The translations under genes and the position numbers were made by a program. This document shows positions 28,771 to 39,135 of a stretch of DNA of 64,000 nucleotides, piece by piece (within the stretch, counting starts at the first letter, position 1; each line of letters opens with the position of its first letter). The stretch comes from Candidatus Obscuribacterales bacterium. Lineage in GTDB: Bacteria > Cyanobacteriota > Vampirovibrionia > Obscuribacterales > Obscuribacteraceae. The stretch is from the NCBI GenBank assembly GCA_965228855.1, contig CBDDIJ010000005.1, forward strand, positions 704,001-768,000, read 5' to 3'. The notes below the pieces were generated by a model. The model was not told the origin of the DNA and searched no databases. It saw only the letters and a program-made list of their open reading frames with translations.

Positions 28771-30174
28771 ATGCACGATCAAGACACAATAGCGGCAATC
28801 TCGACTCCACCTGGTACAGGCGCAATTGCGATAGTTCGATTATCAGGTCCAAAATCAATCTCGATACTCGCAAAAATATTTTCCAGCTCGCCTGAGACCT
28901 TCAAGCCACTCCAATGGGAATCTAGAAGCCATGAGGCTATCCATGGGTATATATGGAATCCCGATAACGTCGAATTAGTAGACGAAGTAGTCGCGATTCC
29001 ATACAAAGGACCAGTAACGTATACAGGAGAAGACATCGTAGAAATAAACTGCCACGGCAGTCCTCTGTTAGCCCGGGAAATTTTGGACCTGGCTATGAGA
29101 TCGGGAGCGAGACTTTCCCAACCCGGCGAATTCACGAAGAGAGCCTTTCTCGCGGGACGCATGGATCTCACGCAGGCAGAAGCGGTTCTCGATTTGATTC
29201 AGGCGCGCACGACTCGCCAGAGCCGAATGGCGGTCAATGTCTTGAAGGGTGGGCTGGGACATTCAATAAAAGAAATTCGTGGGCGGCTGATGGAACTTCT
29301 CAGCCGTTTAATCGCCGGTATCGACTTCCCTGAAGAAGTAGGCGAATTGCCGCTCGACGATATCGGTCCCATTGTGCGACAAGCGACAACAGACTTAGAG
29401 CGTTTGCGAAAAACCGCTCGCAGCGGCCGCTTCCTCCGCGATGGACTAAGGCTTTCCATAGTGGGCCGACCGAACGCCGGAAAGTCGAGTCTACTCAACC
29501 AGTTTCTCGCATTCGAACGTGCCATCGTTACGGAGATTCCCGGCACAACTCGAGATTCAATAGAGGAGCCATTCGACATTAATGGAATTCCGGTAATTCT
29601 CATAGACACGGCCGGCGTTCGAATTACGGATGACACCGTCGAAAAGATCGGCATCGAACGCACCGGTCGCGCAGTCGATGAAAGCGATCTCGTGCTCATG
29701 GTTTGCGACGTCACCCAGGGATGGGGCAAAGAAGAGCAAGAAGTTTTGAAATTACTGAACGGTCAGCCGTTTCTGTTCATTCTCAATAAGATCGATCAAG
29801 CCGATGGTGAGTCGAATTCCAGCGAAATGAAATTGGAAGTTGAGCGAAACGAAAGTTGCATCGACCAGGCGCGCATTTCAGCAAAGACTGGAGAAGGTGT
29901 TGAGGAGCTGAAAAACAAGATCGAACGCTTCGCAATTAAAGACAATACGTTTAACGAGGCGGGCGGCAGTCTAAATCAAAGACAGGACGAATTGTGCCTC
30001 CGCGCGCTGCAGTCGCTTGACGACCTCAAAGTCTCGATAGACAACCGCATGCCTGAAGATTGTCTAGCGACTGACCTGAAAACAGCCATTCACTGCCTCT
30101 CAGAGGCTTGCGGAGACGAGGTAACCGAGGAGCTCATCACGGAAGTCTTCAGCAGATTCTGCATAGGTAAATAG
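28771..30174 (+). CDS. mnmE: tRNA modification GTPase MnmE
   Basis: DTIAAISTPPG, GEFTKRAFL, GRPNAGKSS, PGTTRD, DTAG, C-terminal FCIGK. Confidence 0.97.
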   Translation: MHDQDTIAAISTPPGTGAIAIVRLSGPKSISILAKIFSSSPETFKPLQWESRSHEAIHGYIWNPDNVELVDEVVAIPYKGPVTYTGEDIVEINCHGSPLLAREILDLAMRSGARLSQPGEFTKRAFLAGRMDLTQAEAVLDLIQARTTRQSRMAVNVLKGGLGHSIKEIRGRLMELLSRLIAGIDFPEEVGELPLDDIGPIVRQATTDLERLRKTARSGRFLRDGLRLSIVGRPNAGKSSLLNQFLAFERAIVTEIPGTTRDSIEEPFDINGIPVILIDTAGVRITDDTVEKIGIERTGRAVDESDLVLMVCDVTQGWGKEEQEVLKLLNGQPFLFILNKIDQADGESNSSEMKLEVERNESCIDQARISAKTGEGVEELKNKIERFAIKDNTFNEAGGSLNQRQDELCLRALQSLDDLKVSIDNRMPEDCLATDLKTAIHCLSEACGDEVTEELITEVFSRFCIGK

Positions 30175-31119
30175 ATGACTGACAAAAAGCCGCAGGCAAA
30201 GCCATTCAACTGGCGATGGTTTTTACGCGCCGTCGCACTGTCCACACTGTTAATTATGTTGGGATTTTACATTTGCATGTGCCCGATGGTAAACGGCGGC
30301 GTCTACGACAAAATCATGTTTCATCCCACGAAGAAACTCGATGGTCCGTGGACAGTGCGTGAAATCGCCGGCCATAAATATGATGACGTTTACTTCAAAT
30401 CAAAAAACGGAGCGAAACTTCACGCCTGGTACTTTGTGCAGCCGAACGCCAAATACACCGTACTCTTCAACCACGGCAACGGGGTGAATCTGTCGTTTCG
30501 CGTGGAAGAGCTCACCTTACTGCTCAACGCCGGACTGAATGTGTTTACTTACGATTATCAGGGTTACGGTATGAGCGAGGGCTCACCATCCATGCCCCGA
30601 GTGTTGGAGGATTCGTTTGCCGCCTACAACTATTTGGTTGATACAAAACAAATCGCGCCTGACCGAATCATAATTTTCGGCGAGTCTCTGGGAACAGCCG
30701 TCGCCGGAAATCTCGCATCCAAAGTCAAATGTGCCGGCGTTATTCTGCAATGTCCGCTGGCCTCGGTGAGGCGAAGAGGAATTGAGCTGTTTTTCCCTGT
30801 CGCGATGTATCCGGATTTTATGTGGGTCGAATCGGGTTTGAACAACGTCAAGAATTTTTCAGGCAAGCACGCGCCTCTATTTATGATCGCGGGCACTGCT
30901 GACCCGATGATTCCTATTGGACACGCTGATGATCTGTACAAAGCAGCAAGCGAGCCCAAACAATTTGTTCGGATAGAAGGCGCCGCTCACACAGGCGATC
31001 CCAAGCTAGTTTGCTCCACTGAGTATGCAGAAGGCTTAAAACAGTTTGTAGCGTCGCTTGACAGTCCAGAGCAGGAGAAAGCACAACCGGCTCGTGCTAC
31101 AGAGCAACAGCAGGAATAA
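30175..31119 (+). CDS. Membrane-anchored alpha/beta hydrolase
   Basis: N-terminal TM helix; HGNG, DYQGYG, GESLG nucleophile elbow, GTAD...H catalytic pattern. Confidence 0.9.
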   Translation: MTDKKPQAKPFNWRWFLRAVALSTLLIMLGFYICMCPMVNGGVYDKIMFHPTKKLDGPWTVREIAGHKYDDVYFKSKNGAKLHAWYFVQPNAKYTVLFNHGNGVNLSFRVEELTLLLNAGLNVFTYDYQGYGMSEGSPSMPRVLEDSFAAYNYLVDTKQIAPDRIIIFGESLGTAVAGNLASKVKCAGVILQCPLASVRRRGIELFFPVAMYPDFMWVESGLNNVKNFSGKHAPLFMIAGTADPMIPIGHADDLYKAASEPKQFVRIEGAAHTGDPKLVCSTEYAEGLKQFVASLDSPEQEKAQPARATEQQQE

Positions 31120-31199
31120 CCCGTATAATTTACTGACGCCACCTGGACCGTGATACGCGCCAAGAAGAATCACAGTCTGAAACCTTCCAAATCGATTTA

Positions 31200-33047
31200 G
31201 TGAACGAGTTTCAAAAATCAGTAGACAAATTCATAGCTCCCGACCTGAAAGAGCGCTACCGCGATTTCAAATACGTCGGGCAGGGCGGGATGGGGCGCAT
31301 CGTCAGCGCGCACGACACGATGCTGGACAAACGTGTTGCAATAAAACTCTTGCCGGCCGTCAGTCACAGCGACACGGCTCTGGTTCGCTTTCACCAGGAA
31401 GCAAAGGCGATCAGCAAACTCAAACATTTGAACATAGTCACAGTTTTAGATTTCGGTTTTACATCGACAGAAGAACCGTATCTGGTGATGGATTACATCG
31501 ACGGAACACCGCTTGACACCGTCATCGAGGCTAATGAAACCATTCCGCTCAGAACAGCGATTCAGATAGCCCTTCAAATATGCGACGCACTGGAGCACGC
31601 TCATTTTAATGGCGTCATCCATCGCGATTTGAAGCCCAGCAACGTCATGCTCCTCAAAGATGAGCAGATTCGAATTCTGGATTTCGGTCTGGCCAAGTTG
31701 ATGGACGCAACGGACATCGACCACCGGCTAACCCGCAAAGGGCAAGCGATGGGAAGCCCGCTATTCATGAGTCCCGAACAGGTGCGCGGAGAAGACGCTG
31801 ATGAACGGGCTGACGTTTATGGACTTGGTATGCTGCTCCATAAAATGATCACTGGAAAAGTACCGCTGGAAAACGAAAACATAATCGTGATTCTCAGGTC
31901 ACGACTGGAAGAGCCGCCCCCGAACCTGCCACCAAATTCGGTGACTCCGGTTCTCACGGATGCGACGAACGAGATTTTGCAGAGAGCAATGGCTCCCGAT
32001 CCGGCAAATCGTTTCCAAAACATGAAGGAGTTCAAAGCCGCACTAGAGGATTTGAAAGACGTCGGAGAATTTGTCGAGGAAATTGAACTTAAGATTCCCC
32101 GAGAGAAATATAAACTGGGTAGGCACGGAAAACAGGCACTCCTTGTCGCTGTAATGGTCGCGCTATTTGGCGTAATTACCGGCATGGCGGTGATAATGAA
32201 AGGCGATCGCGACTTGAAAGCGATAAAGGAAGTTCAAAAACCAGCAGAGAAAATTGAAAAGAGACCAAAGGTTATTAAGCAGAAACCTAAGGACCAAATT
32301 CCTACTGGCTTTGAAATTGACAGTCAATCCTGGTGGAAAGCGCCTTTGAACCGCGACGAGGATTTTTACAGATTGCTCGGAAGCGGAGTAAAGAGGTTGA
32401 ATGTCTCCTACAATCCACGCCTTACAGCCAAAGGTATGGAAATAATTTCGGACCTCAACCTCGACTCACTGAGCCTTGAAGAAACAAGAATCGGGGACGA
32501 GTCTATCGATTACTTGAACAAGATGAATTTACAAACGCTAGATATTCGAAGCACAAGATTCTCAAATGCTGGTCTGGCTCGCCTTGCGCCCAGTAAACGC
32601 CTAGCGGCGTTAGACGTTGCATATATGAAACACTTTGACGATAAGACGCTTGCGCTGATTGTGAAAAAATTTCCAAATCTCAAGCGCCTGATCATCAGCA
32701 ACACTCTTGTCACTCCCAAAGGTCTAGCGACATTAAAAGCTTTAAGACTGACAAGAATATCGGCGTCCGGATTGAAGCTTACCGACAAGGATATGGATAT
32801 ATTTGCGATACTAAACCCTGAATCACTTGATCTGGAGGGAAACTTCATCACGAAGGAATGTATACCTGATATCAAGCGCATAACTAACCTGAAGTGGGTT
32901 GGTTTCGACTTCACGGCCGTGCCACCAGAAGCAGTGGCAGAGCTCAAGCGATGGAAACCGGATCTTGTTGTGTCAAATCGAAAACCAGATGACAAACAAG
33001 TCGACGAAATGACGGAAACTTTGTTCAACGCAGATGACCATATTTAA
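31200..33047 (+). CDS. Hanks-type Ser/Thr kinase with TM helix and C-terminal leucine-rich repeats
   Basis: GQGGMG, VAIK, HRDLKPSN, DFG, MSPE; TM ALLVAVMVALFGVITGMAVIM; LxxLxL repeats. Confidence 0.92.
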   Translation: MNEFQKSVDKFIAPDLKERYRDFKYVGQGGMGRIVSAHDTMLDKRVAIKLLPAVSHSDTALVRFHQEAKAISKLKHLNIVTVLDFGFTSTEEPYLVMDYIDGTPLDTVIEANETIPLRTAIQIALQICDALEHAHFNGVIHRDLKPSNVMLLKDEQIRILDFGLAKLMDATDIDHRLTRKGQAMGSPLFMSPEQVRGEDADERADVYGLGMLLHKMITGKVPLENENIIVILRSRLEEPPPNLPPNSVTPVLTDATNEILQRAMAPDPANRFQNMKEFKAALEDLKDVGEFVEEIELKIPREKYKLGRHGKQALLVAVMVALFGVITGMAVIMKGDRDLKAIKEVQKPAEKIEKRPKVIKQKPKDQIPTGFEIDSQSWWKAPLNRDEDFYRLLGSGVKRLNVSYNPRLTAKGMEIISDLNLDSLSLEETRIGDESIDYLNKMNLQTLDIRSTRFSNAGLARLAPSKRLAALDVAYMKHFDDKTLALIVKKFPNLKRLIISNTLVTPKGLATLKALRLTRISASGLKLTDKDMDIFAILNPESLDLEGNFITKECIPDIKRITNLKWVGFDFTAVPPEAVAELKRWKPDLVVSNRKPDDKQVDEMTETLFNADDHI

Positions 33048-33063
33048 CACCTGAGGGCGATCC

Positions 33064-33456
33064 GTGAAAACTAATTTAAAAATTCGAAGCAGCAAACTCT
33101 CAGTTAGTGAAACAGCCGCCAAGCTAAAATCACTGCTGGAAACAAAAAACATCAAATTATTCGCTCACATAGATCACAGCGCGGCAGCTAAGGAAAACGG
33201 AATGGAGCTCAGCGACGAGCAAGTTCTCATATTCGGAGACCCGAAGGTGGGAACCCACCTGATGCAGGAAGAACCTGCGATTGGATTAGAGCTGCCGCTT
33301 AGAATGCTGATTTGGAGCGAAGATGGTACAAAAGTGGCATACAGAGAGCCTCTTTCCTATCTGGAAGAGTTCAATGTCATTCGCAATCGCGAAGTAATCA
33401 AAAAAATGTCCATACTCATGGACACGTTATCTAAGGCAATAGCTGAAGTAGATTAA
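33064..33456 (+). CDS. DUF302 domain protein
   Basis: FAHIDH..AA...G..L....VLIFGDP..GT.LM......GLELPLR. Confidence 0.85.
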   Translation: MKTNLKIRSSKLSVSETAAKLKSLLETKNIKLFAHIDHSAAAKENGMELSDEQVLIFGDPKVGTHLMQEEPAIGLELPLRMLIWSEDGTKVAYREPLSYLEEFNVIRNREVIKKMSILMDTLSKAIAEVD

Positions 33457-33466
33457 GGAGAAGCAT

Positions 33467-33856
33467 ATGCTGGACGGTCTTGTAGGGAAATGGAAAGTGA
33501 TTGGTTGCCAGCTCAACGGACGATGGCTTCCGTACAGTATTTTTCAGGAGTTCAGGTACAGCTTTTTAGCTAACGATACCTTCAAACTCGAATGGGCTGA
33601 ATTATCCTTCCCCCAATATGTAGGCGGTTTTCCGAAGTCGGAAACGGGCAAAGTGGTTTTCGGGAAATCAAACAAACCGAGCGAAATTGACCTGATTCCC
33701 GATGACGGTCCATTTGCTGGCAAAGCATTGCTCGGAATATTCGAGCTGGATCATGACGTACTAAAGGCTATTTTTTCTTTTCCTGGAACAGAACGTCCAA
33801 CGGTGTTTAACACTAAACAGGGACAGGTCTATGAAATCTGGCAGAGAGTTGAATAG
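33467..33856 (+). CDS. TIGR03067-like beta-barrel domain protein
   Basis: L.GKWKV...., PSEIDL, GIFELD.D.LK, RPTVF pattern; AAGGAG RBS. Confidence 0.7.
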   Translation: MLDGLVGKWKVIGCQLNGRWLPYSIFQEFRYSFLANDTFKLEWAELSFPQYVGGFPKSETGKVVFGKSNKPSEIDLIPDDGPFAGKALLGIFELDHDVLKAIFSFPGTERPTVFNTKQGQVYEIWQRVE

Positions 33857-33969
33857 ATACTGACAGAGCAAGCGGAGAAATTTCGTTGTACGTCTAGCTT
33901 GAACCGCACCGAAATATACAGGTCCGAAAATGGCGAGTAACTTCCTGTCGGCGAAGTTAGAATGATGGC

Positions 33970-35517
33970 ATGCAATTAAATCCCGACATCTGCTATCAGG
34001 CACTCCTCACCCACGACCGACGTTTCGACGGTGTGTTTTTTGTAGGCGTAAAAACAACTGGCATTTACTGCCGGACTGTTTGTCCCGCCAAAACGCCACA
34101 ATTGAAGAGCTGCACGTTTTTCAGTAACGCTGCGCTGGCTGAGAAAGATGGCTTCCGTCCATGCTTGCGATGCCGACCGGAACTAGCTCCAGGCAATGGC
34201 ATCATGGATTCGGTCCCGCGCCTGGCAGCAATCGCGGCTAACAGAATCGAGGACGGTGCGCTCCGCGACGGTACGCTCGACGACCTAGCAAATGACATGG
34301 GAATCAGCTCGCGACATTTGCGCAGAGTGATCGAGAAAGAGTTCGGCGTCAGTCCGATCGAACTGGCACAAACTCAACGTTTGTTATATGCGAAACGATT
34401 GCTAGCAGACACCCAAATTCCGATAACGGAAATAGCGTTTGCTAGCGGTTTCTCAAGCGTTCGCCGGTTCAACACCCTTTTGAAAGAACGGTACGGATTG
34501 AACCCTACCGACATTCGCAAGTCGACGGGCCGATTAAGAACCGAAACGGCCAATGGAACCAACATGTCTTACATTGAACCAAACATTCTTCGATGCGAAA
34601 TTCATTACACTCCGCCGTTTGATTGGAAGAAAACGCTTGCCTTTCTTAAAGCCAGATCCACAGCCGGCATCGAGATGGTTGACGAAGAAAAATATTTTCG
34701 AACAGCGTCATTCGGTAAGCACAATGGCTGGCTGATTGTAGAACCTTCTGAAAACGAGAATTCGTTAAGCGTAAGCATCTCAGAATCACTCGCTCCAGCG
34801 TTCCCAAGTGTTGTAGCCCGCGTGAAACGCTTATTCGATACTTTCGCAGACCCAAAAGTGATCGCAGATTGCCTCGGAGATCTAGCCCAAACGACACCGG
34901 GAATCAGAGTTCCCGGAAGCTTCGATGGGTTTGAAATGGCGCTGAGAGCCATTCTCGGTCAGCAAGTTTCAGTCGCCGCAGCCACCACTTTGGCAGGTAG
35001 AGTTGCCGCAAAATTCGGCGCTCATATCGAAACACCTTTTGAAAAATTGAGACTGCTAACACCAAACGCAGAGAAACTAGCGAAAGCAGAAGTTTCCGAG
35101 GTCACCACTCTCGGTATCACTACCTCGAGAGCAGAAACGCTTTTGACCCTGGCTCGCGCTGCAGCAAACGGGGAACTATCGTTGGAACCTGGTGCGGACG
35201 TGGAGCGAACAATCGAAAAACTGGTCTCAATGAAAGGCATCGGCGAATGGACAGCCCATTACATCGCCATGCGGGCACTAAGCTGGCCGGACGCATTTCC
35301 ACACGCCGACCTGGGAATCAGGAAGGCAATGAATATGACATCGAAAAGCGAGCTGATCTTAGCAAGCGAAAAATGGCGTCCCTGGCGTTCCTATGCGGTC
35401 ATGCAGTTATGGAACAGCCTGCCGGCAACGGCTCCGATTGCGAAGGAGAAACCAGCCGCAAGAAAAGCGACGCTGGCGAAAACAGTTTCAAATAAAAAAC
35501 CTAAAACGAAAGTCTAA
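33970..35517 (+). CDS. alkA: AdaA-AlkA fusion: Ada zinc domain, AraC HTH, AlkA N-domain and HhH 3-methyladenine DNA glycosylase
   Basis: GVKTTGIYCRTVC...RPCLRCRP; FASGFSSVRRFN; RAILGQQVS; KGIGEWTA; WRPWRSYA. Confidence 0.93.
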   Translation: MQLNPDICYQALLTHDRRFDGVFFVGVKTTGIYCRTVCPAKTPQLKSCTFFSNAALAEKDGFRPCLRCRPELAPGNGIMDSVPRLAAIAANRIEDGALRDGTLDDLANDMGISSRHLRRVIEKEFGVSPIELAQTQRLLYAKRLLADTQIPITEIAFASGFSSVRRFNTLLKERYGLNPTDIRKSTGRLRTETANGTNMSYIEPNILRCEIHYTPPFDWKKTLAFLKARSTAGIEMVDEEKYFRTASFGKHNGWLIVEPSENENSLSVSISESLAPAFPSVVARVKRLFDTFADPKVIADCLGDLAQTTPGIRVPGSFDGFEMALRAILGQQVSVAAATTLAGRVAAKFGAHIETPFEKLRLLTPNAEKLAKAEVSEVTTLGITTSRAETLLTLARAAANGELSLEPGADVERTIEKLVSMKGIGEWTAHYIAMRALSWPDAFPHADLGIRKAMNMTSKSELILASEKWRPWRSYAVMQLWNSLPATAPIAKEKPAARKATLAKTVSNKKPKTKV

Positions 35518-35555
35518 TCAGAACATAGCTAAAATAGATGCACAAGGAGGATGTT

Positions 35556-36044
35556 ATGAAAACCTACTTCACGTTTTTTCGCAGCCCAATAGGCGAAATC
35601 ATGCTGAATTCAAACGGCTCGGCACTGACCGGCTTGTACAATGAAAACGCCAGACATTCTCCCAATGTTTCACGCGAGTGGGAAGAGACTGATGAACTGT
35701 CAATCTTCAAGACCGCAAAAACTCAGCTAAGAGAATATTTTGATGGCGAACGCAAAAGTTTTGATCTGCAATTTGAAACTGGTGGCACGCAATTTCAGAA
35801 AGAAGTTTGGGAGCAATTACTGAAAATTCCGTTTGGAGAAACGCTCACCTACCGAGACATCGCACATCGAATAGGCAGACCCAAAGCCGTTCGAGCTGTG
35901 GGAGCTGCAAACGGAAAAAATCCGATCTCGATCATGATTCCCTGCCACCGCGTGATCGGAATGAACGGAACCTTAACCGGCTACGCAGGCGGTTTAGACC
36001 GCAAGAATTTCCTGTTGGAACTTGAGATGATTCGAAATGGATGA
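35556..36044 (+). CDS. ogt: Methylated-DNA--protein-cysteine S-methyltransferase
   Basis: GTQFQ..VW, RAVGAA, IPCHRV active site; AAGGAGG RBS before ATG 35556. Confidence 0.95.
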   Translation: MKTYFTFFRSPIGEIMLNSNGSALTGLYNENARHSPNVSREWEETDELSIFKTAKTQLREYFDGERKSFDLQFETGGTQFQKEVWEQLLKIPFGETLTYRDIAHRIGRPKAVRAVGAANGKNPISIMIPCHRVIGMNGTLTGYAGGLDRKNFLLELEMIRNG

Positions 36045-36194
36045 ATTTAACCATGCTGGCGTTTCGCTTTGCCGGTCCCGAAAAAAAGAGTCTTGCGGAG
36101 TCTGGACAAGTAAGTTCAAGATTCAAGGTTGACGTCCTACTTTTCTCAAATTAACTAGTAAAAGCCCCATGGACTGACCTTCCTATGACGTCGC

Positions 36195-36845
36195 ATGATG
36201 AACTCGTTGGGACGAATCGAAGCATCAGAGGTCACAGACATGTACATCTCGGAACAAGTTTGCGACGAAATTCTTCGCGACACATATGTTGCCGCGCCCT
36301 GCAACGTCGGTTGGGAAAATATGAACGGTGACGATAGAGTGAGAGCTTGCGCCCAATGCCAGCAAAATGTCTACAACACTTCCAGGCTGACAAAACAAGA
36401 ATTGGCTTCGCTAATTGTAGAGAAGGAGGGCAGGATCTGCTTGCGCCTCTATCGAAGAAAAGATGGCACCGTAATGACTGAGAATTGTCCAGTCGGACTG
36501 CGCCGAATTAGAGATGCTATCAAGCTGTGCGCGATTGGTATCCTGCTGGGCATGGCTTGGATAGGGTTGATCGACGAAGCACATGCACAGGGGCTAATAG
36601 GTGCGCCAGTCGATGGAGGCATGTCCCGAGGCGCTCCACCAACTGAACAATGGCAATCATTCACAGAGACGCGAAACATTCAAACTGGTGCGACCGCCCT
36701 CGGCGCCGCAGTGGCTGGATTCTGGCTGATCAAAAGAGCAAAGAGCCATCGCAATTCAGTCTTGCTTATCGCAGCAGTACTCGGTCTGATTTTCGCAGTC
36801 ATCGGCTTCACCTACGGTATGTTGGAACCTGCGACGTCGTTTTAA
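36195..36845 (+). CDS. Hypothetical membrane protein with Cys-rich N-terminal domain
   Basis: PCNVGWENMNGDDRVRACAQCQQNVYN...ICLRLYRRKDG..MTENCP, followed by three hydrophobic segments. Confidence 0.65.
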   Translation: MMNSLGRIEASEVTDMYISEQVCDEILRDTYVAAPCNVGWENMNGDDRVRACAQCQQNVYNTSRLTKQELASLIVEKEGRICLRLYRRKDGTVMTENCPVGLRRIRDAIKLCAIGILLGMAWIGLIDEAHAQGLIGAPVDGGMSRGAPPTEQWQSFTETRNIQTGATALGAAVAGFWLIKRAKSHRNSVLLIAAVLGLIFAVIGFTYGMLEPATSF

Positions 36846-36892
36846 TGCAACCGACATGTTCGAGGGACACTCGATTTGGTGTTAGACACTAA

Positions 36893-37978
36893 CTAGCTCA
36901 TCAAAAGCGCAGCTTCTATCGTCAGCCCGGGACCAAAAGCAAGAGCGACACAGGGGAATTGCGGGGATTTCCGACCAGTCAGGATTTTCTCGAGAACAAA
37001 CAAAACGGTCGGCGACGACATATTTCCGAATTCAGACAGAACTTCGCGTGACTCTGCCACGGCATCCGGTGCTAAACGAAGTGACGTTTCAACGGCGTCG
37101 AGAATGCGTGGTCCGCCTGGATGAATCGCCCAGGAATGTATGTCGCAAATTTTGAGACCGTGCTTCGCAAGCCAAGTCTCTAGAAACGGGGGCAAGTACT
37201 GCTCGATCAGCCTCGGCACTTCCGGAGATAAACTCATGGTAAAACCATTGTCGCCGACTCGCCAGCTCATTGCTTCGTCAGAGTCTGCCACCACATACGA
37301 TATCGAATCATGATAATTGATTACGCCGGGTTCGTTTCTCATAACAATCGCCGCGGAGCCGTCGGCGAATAGCGAGTTAGCCACTAAATCATCGGGCGTT
37401 CGACCATATTGGAAGTGAATTGAGCAGATTTCGGCAGCACAGAGAAGAATCACCGCTTCCGGATTGGCGCTCAGAAAACCCTGCGCCACGCGCAACGCAT
37501 TCATTGTCCCGTGGCAGCCCATGAAGCCAATATTGGTTCGAAACGTCTGCCGGCCGAGTGGCAACTGTGTCATCAAGTGGAGATCGAAGCCGGGAGCCGC
37601 AAAGCCTGTGCAAGAAACTGTTATCAAATGCGTAATTTCAGAAGATTTGATTTCAGCGTTAGCAATAGCCTGGCGTGATGCAGCAACAGACAGTCGATTA
37701 GCAAACTCATTGTAAGCAACCATTCTCTGCGCGGTCGAAGGTCCTTTGTCGAATGCATCTACTGGGTCCGGAAAGAACTTTACGCCGGCTCTTCCGTAGC
37801 TCTCTCGTTCGGCAAAAACAATACTACGCTGCTCGATTTCCGTTCTTCGATAAAGACGCTCCAGGACTAGCTTTTCACGCTCACTACTACATGAGAATTT
37901 CATAGCATGTGAGCACGATTCCCCCTGAGATATTGTGTGCTTCGACGAGGCGGTCGCCAGTCCGATTATCCCTGCCAT
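36893..37978 (-). CDS. Type III polyketide synthase (chalcone/stilbene synthase family)
   Basis: Catalytic triad Cys (FMGCHG), His (IHPGG), Asn (GNMSS); LFADG; AFGPGL; start moved to ATG 37978. Confidence 0.93.
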   Translation of the reverse strand: MAGIIGLATASSKHTISQGESCSHAMKFSCSSEREKLVLERLYRRTEIEQRSIVFAERESYGRAGVKFFPDPVDAFDKGPSTAQRMVAYNEFANRLSVAASRQAIANAEIKSSEITHLITVSCTGFAAPGFDLHLMTQLPLGRQTFRTNIGFMGCHGTMNALRVAQGFLSANPEAVILLCAAEICSIHFQYGRTPDDLVANSLFADGSAAIVMRNEPGVINYHDSISYVVADSDEAMSWRVGDNGFTMSLSPEVPRLIEQYLPPFLETWLAKHGLKICDIHSWAIHPGGPRILDAVETSLRLAPDAVAESREVLSEFGNMSSPTVLFVLEKILTGRKSPQFPCVALAFGPGLTIEAALLMS

Positions 37979-39135
37979 ACTGCTGACCTCACACTCGTGA
38001 TGTACTTTACTGCAGTTGCAGCAATAGACGGAAAGGTGGCTGCAGAATTTATGAGTAGTCGGCGAGTGGTTTCGTTTCTCAAAGTCCGGGCAACCAGGGC
38101 GCTTCGCGACTGCTGCTTTCTGAGGATGCGATAACGGTCTTGCCACGCGGTACTTAATGCAGGTTGCCACTCACGAATACCTCTGGACGCAAGATTTGCT
38201 GTAGCGAGCCCAGACTGCAATGCCCAGGCGATTCCTTCACCGGTGAACGGCTCAGGATAGCCACAGGCATCACCTGCGATGAATAGACGATGTCCGGCTA
38301 CGCGGTCGCGCCGCCGCGTCAACACTTGCGTGCCCGCCCAGTGCGAATCTTTCCACGTTGATGGAGCCGGGAGCCCGCAACCGGCGAGTATATCCGCAGC
38401 AGCCTCGGGCACTCCACTCGCTTTGCGTGAATAGGACGGATCTAATGCTGCAGCTACGTCAAGTCGGCCGTCTTCTAATCGCACCAATCCAACATATCCG
38501 CCGGAACCACACGCCATGTAGATCTTGCCGCTTTCATAAAATGAAGGTGGCTCATCAAGAATAACTCCAGCGCCAAAACGCGACCTACCGCTCACGATTG
38601 GTTTAAACTCATCGCGTCCGTCCAGAGTCCTTCCGGACAGTCCATCAGCTACGATTAAAACTTTAGCCCTCGCAAAACCAGCTTCGGTATCAGGTCCTGC
38701 TAATTGAATTGTATGGAAATCTTCGTCGGATTTTGACACGTGCACCAGCGTGTTTGGGAGAAACCGACACCCCTGGTCGACGGCAAAATCAATCAAATAG
38801 AGATCAAATTTTTCTCGAGAAAGGCTGTAGCTGGATGGCAATTTTATGGATGCCTTCCTGGTTCCATCAAACAATTGAAGTTCATCGAGTTGCACCGCTT
38901 GTTGGCTCCGTAGCAGGTTTTCCAAACCGGCCTCGGCGAGTACTTCCTGTGCAACGCTGTTCAAGCAGCAACCACAGACTTTGTGCCTTGGGAAGCTGGC
39001 TTTATCTACAAGCAGAACCTCGTGACCAAGCTTCGCAAGCCTGAGGGCTGCGATCGCGCCAGCGGGCCCTGCACCGACAACAATGCAATCCCACATTCGC
39101 AGTACGCTCTCCATAATTGGTGCCACCGTTCTCAT
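37966..39135 (-). CDS. FAD-dependent oxidoreductase (geranylgeranyl reductase/halogenase-like)
   Basis: VVGAGPAG, FPRHKVCG, LIVADG, GDA...EPFTGEGI; ATGA overlap with the methyltransferase stop. Confidence 0.88.
   Translation of the reverse strand: MRTVAPIMESVLRMWDCIVVGAGPAGAIAALRLAKLGHEVLLVDKASFPRHKVCGCCLNSVAQEVLAEAGLENLLRSQQAVQLDELQLFDGTRKASIKLPSSYSLSREKFDLYLIDFAVDQGCRFLPNTLVHVSKSDEDFHTIQLAGPDTEAGFARAKVLIVADGLSGRTLDGRDEFKPIVSGRSRFGAGVILDEPPSFYESGKIYMACGSGGYVGLVRLEDGRLDVAAALDPSYSRKASGVPEAAADILAGCGLPAPSTWKDSHWAGTQVLTRRRDRVAGHRLFIAGDACGYPEPFTGEGIAWALQSGLATANLASRGIREWQPALSTAWQDRYRILRKQQSRSALVARTLRNETTRRLLINSAATFPSIAATAVKYITSVRSAVWQG

Noticed and set aside
37979..38170. Cys/His-rich N-terminal extension of the type III PKS
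   Set aside because: It lies within the upstream oxidoreductase; ATG 37978 has a GAGG RBS and gives the normal length
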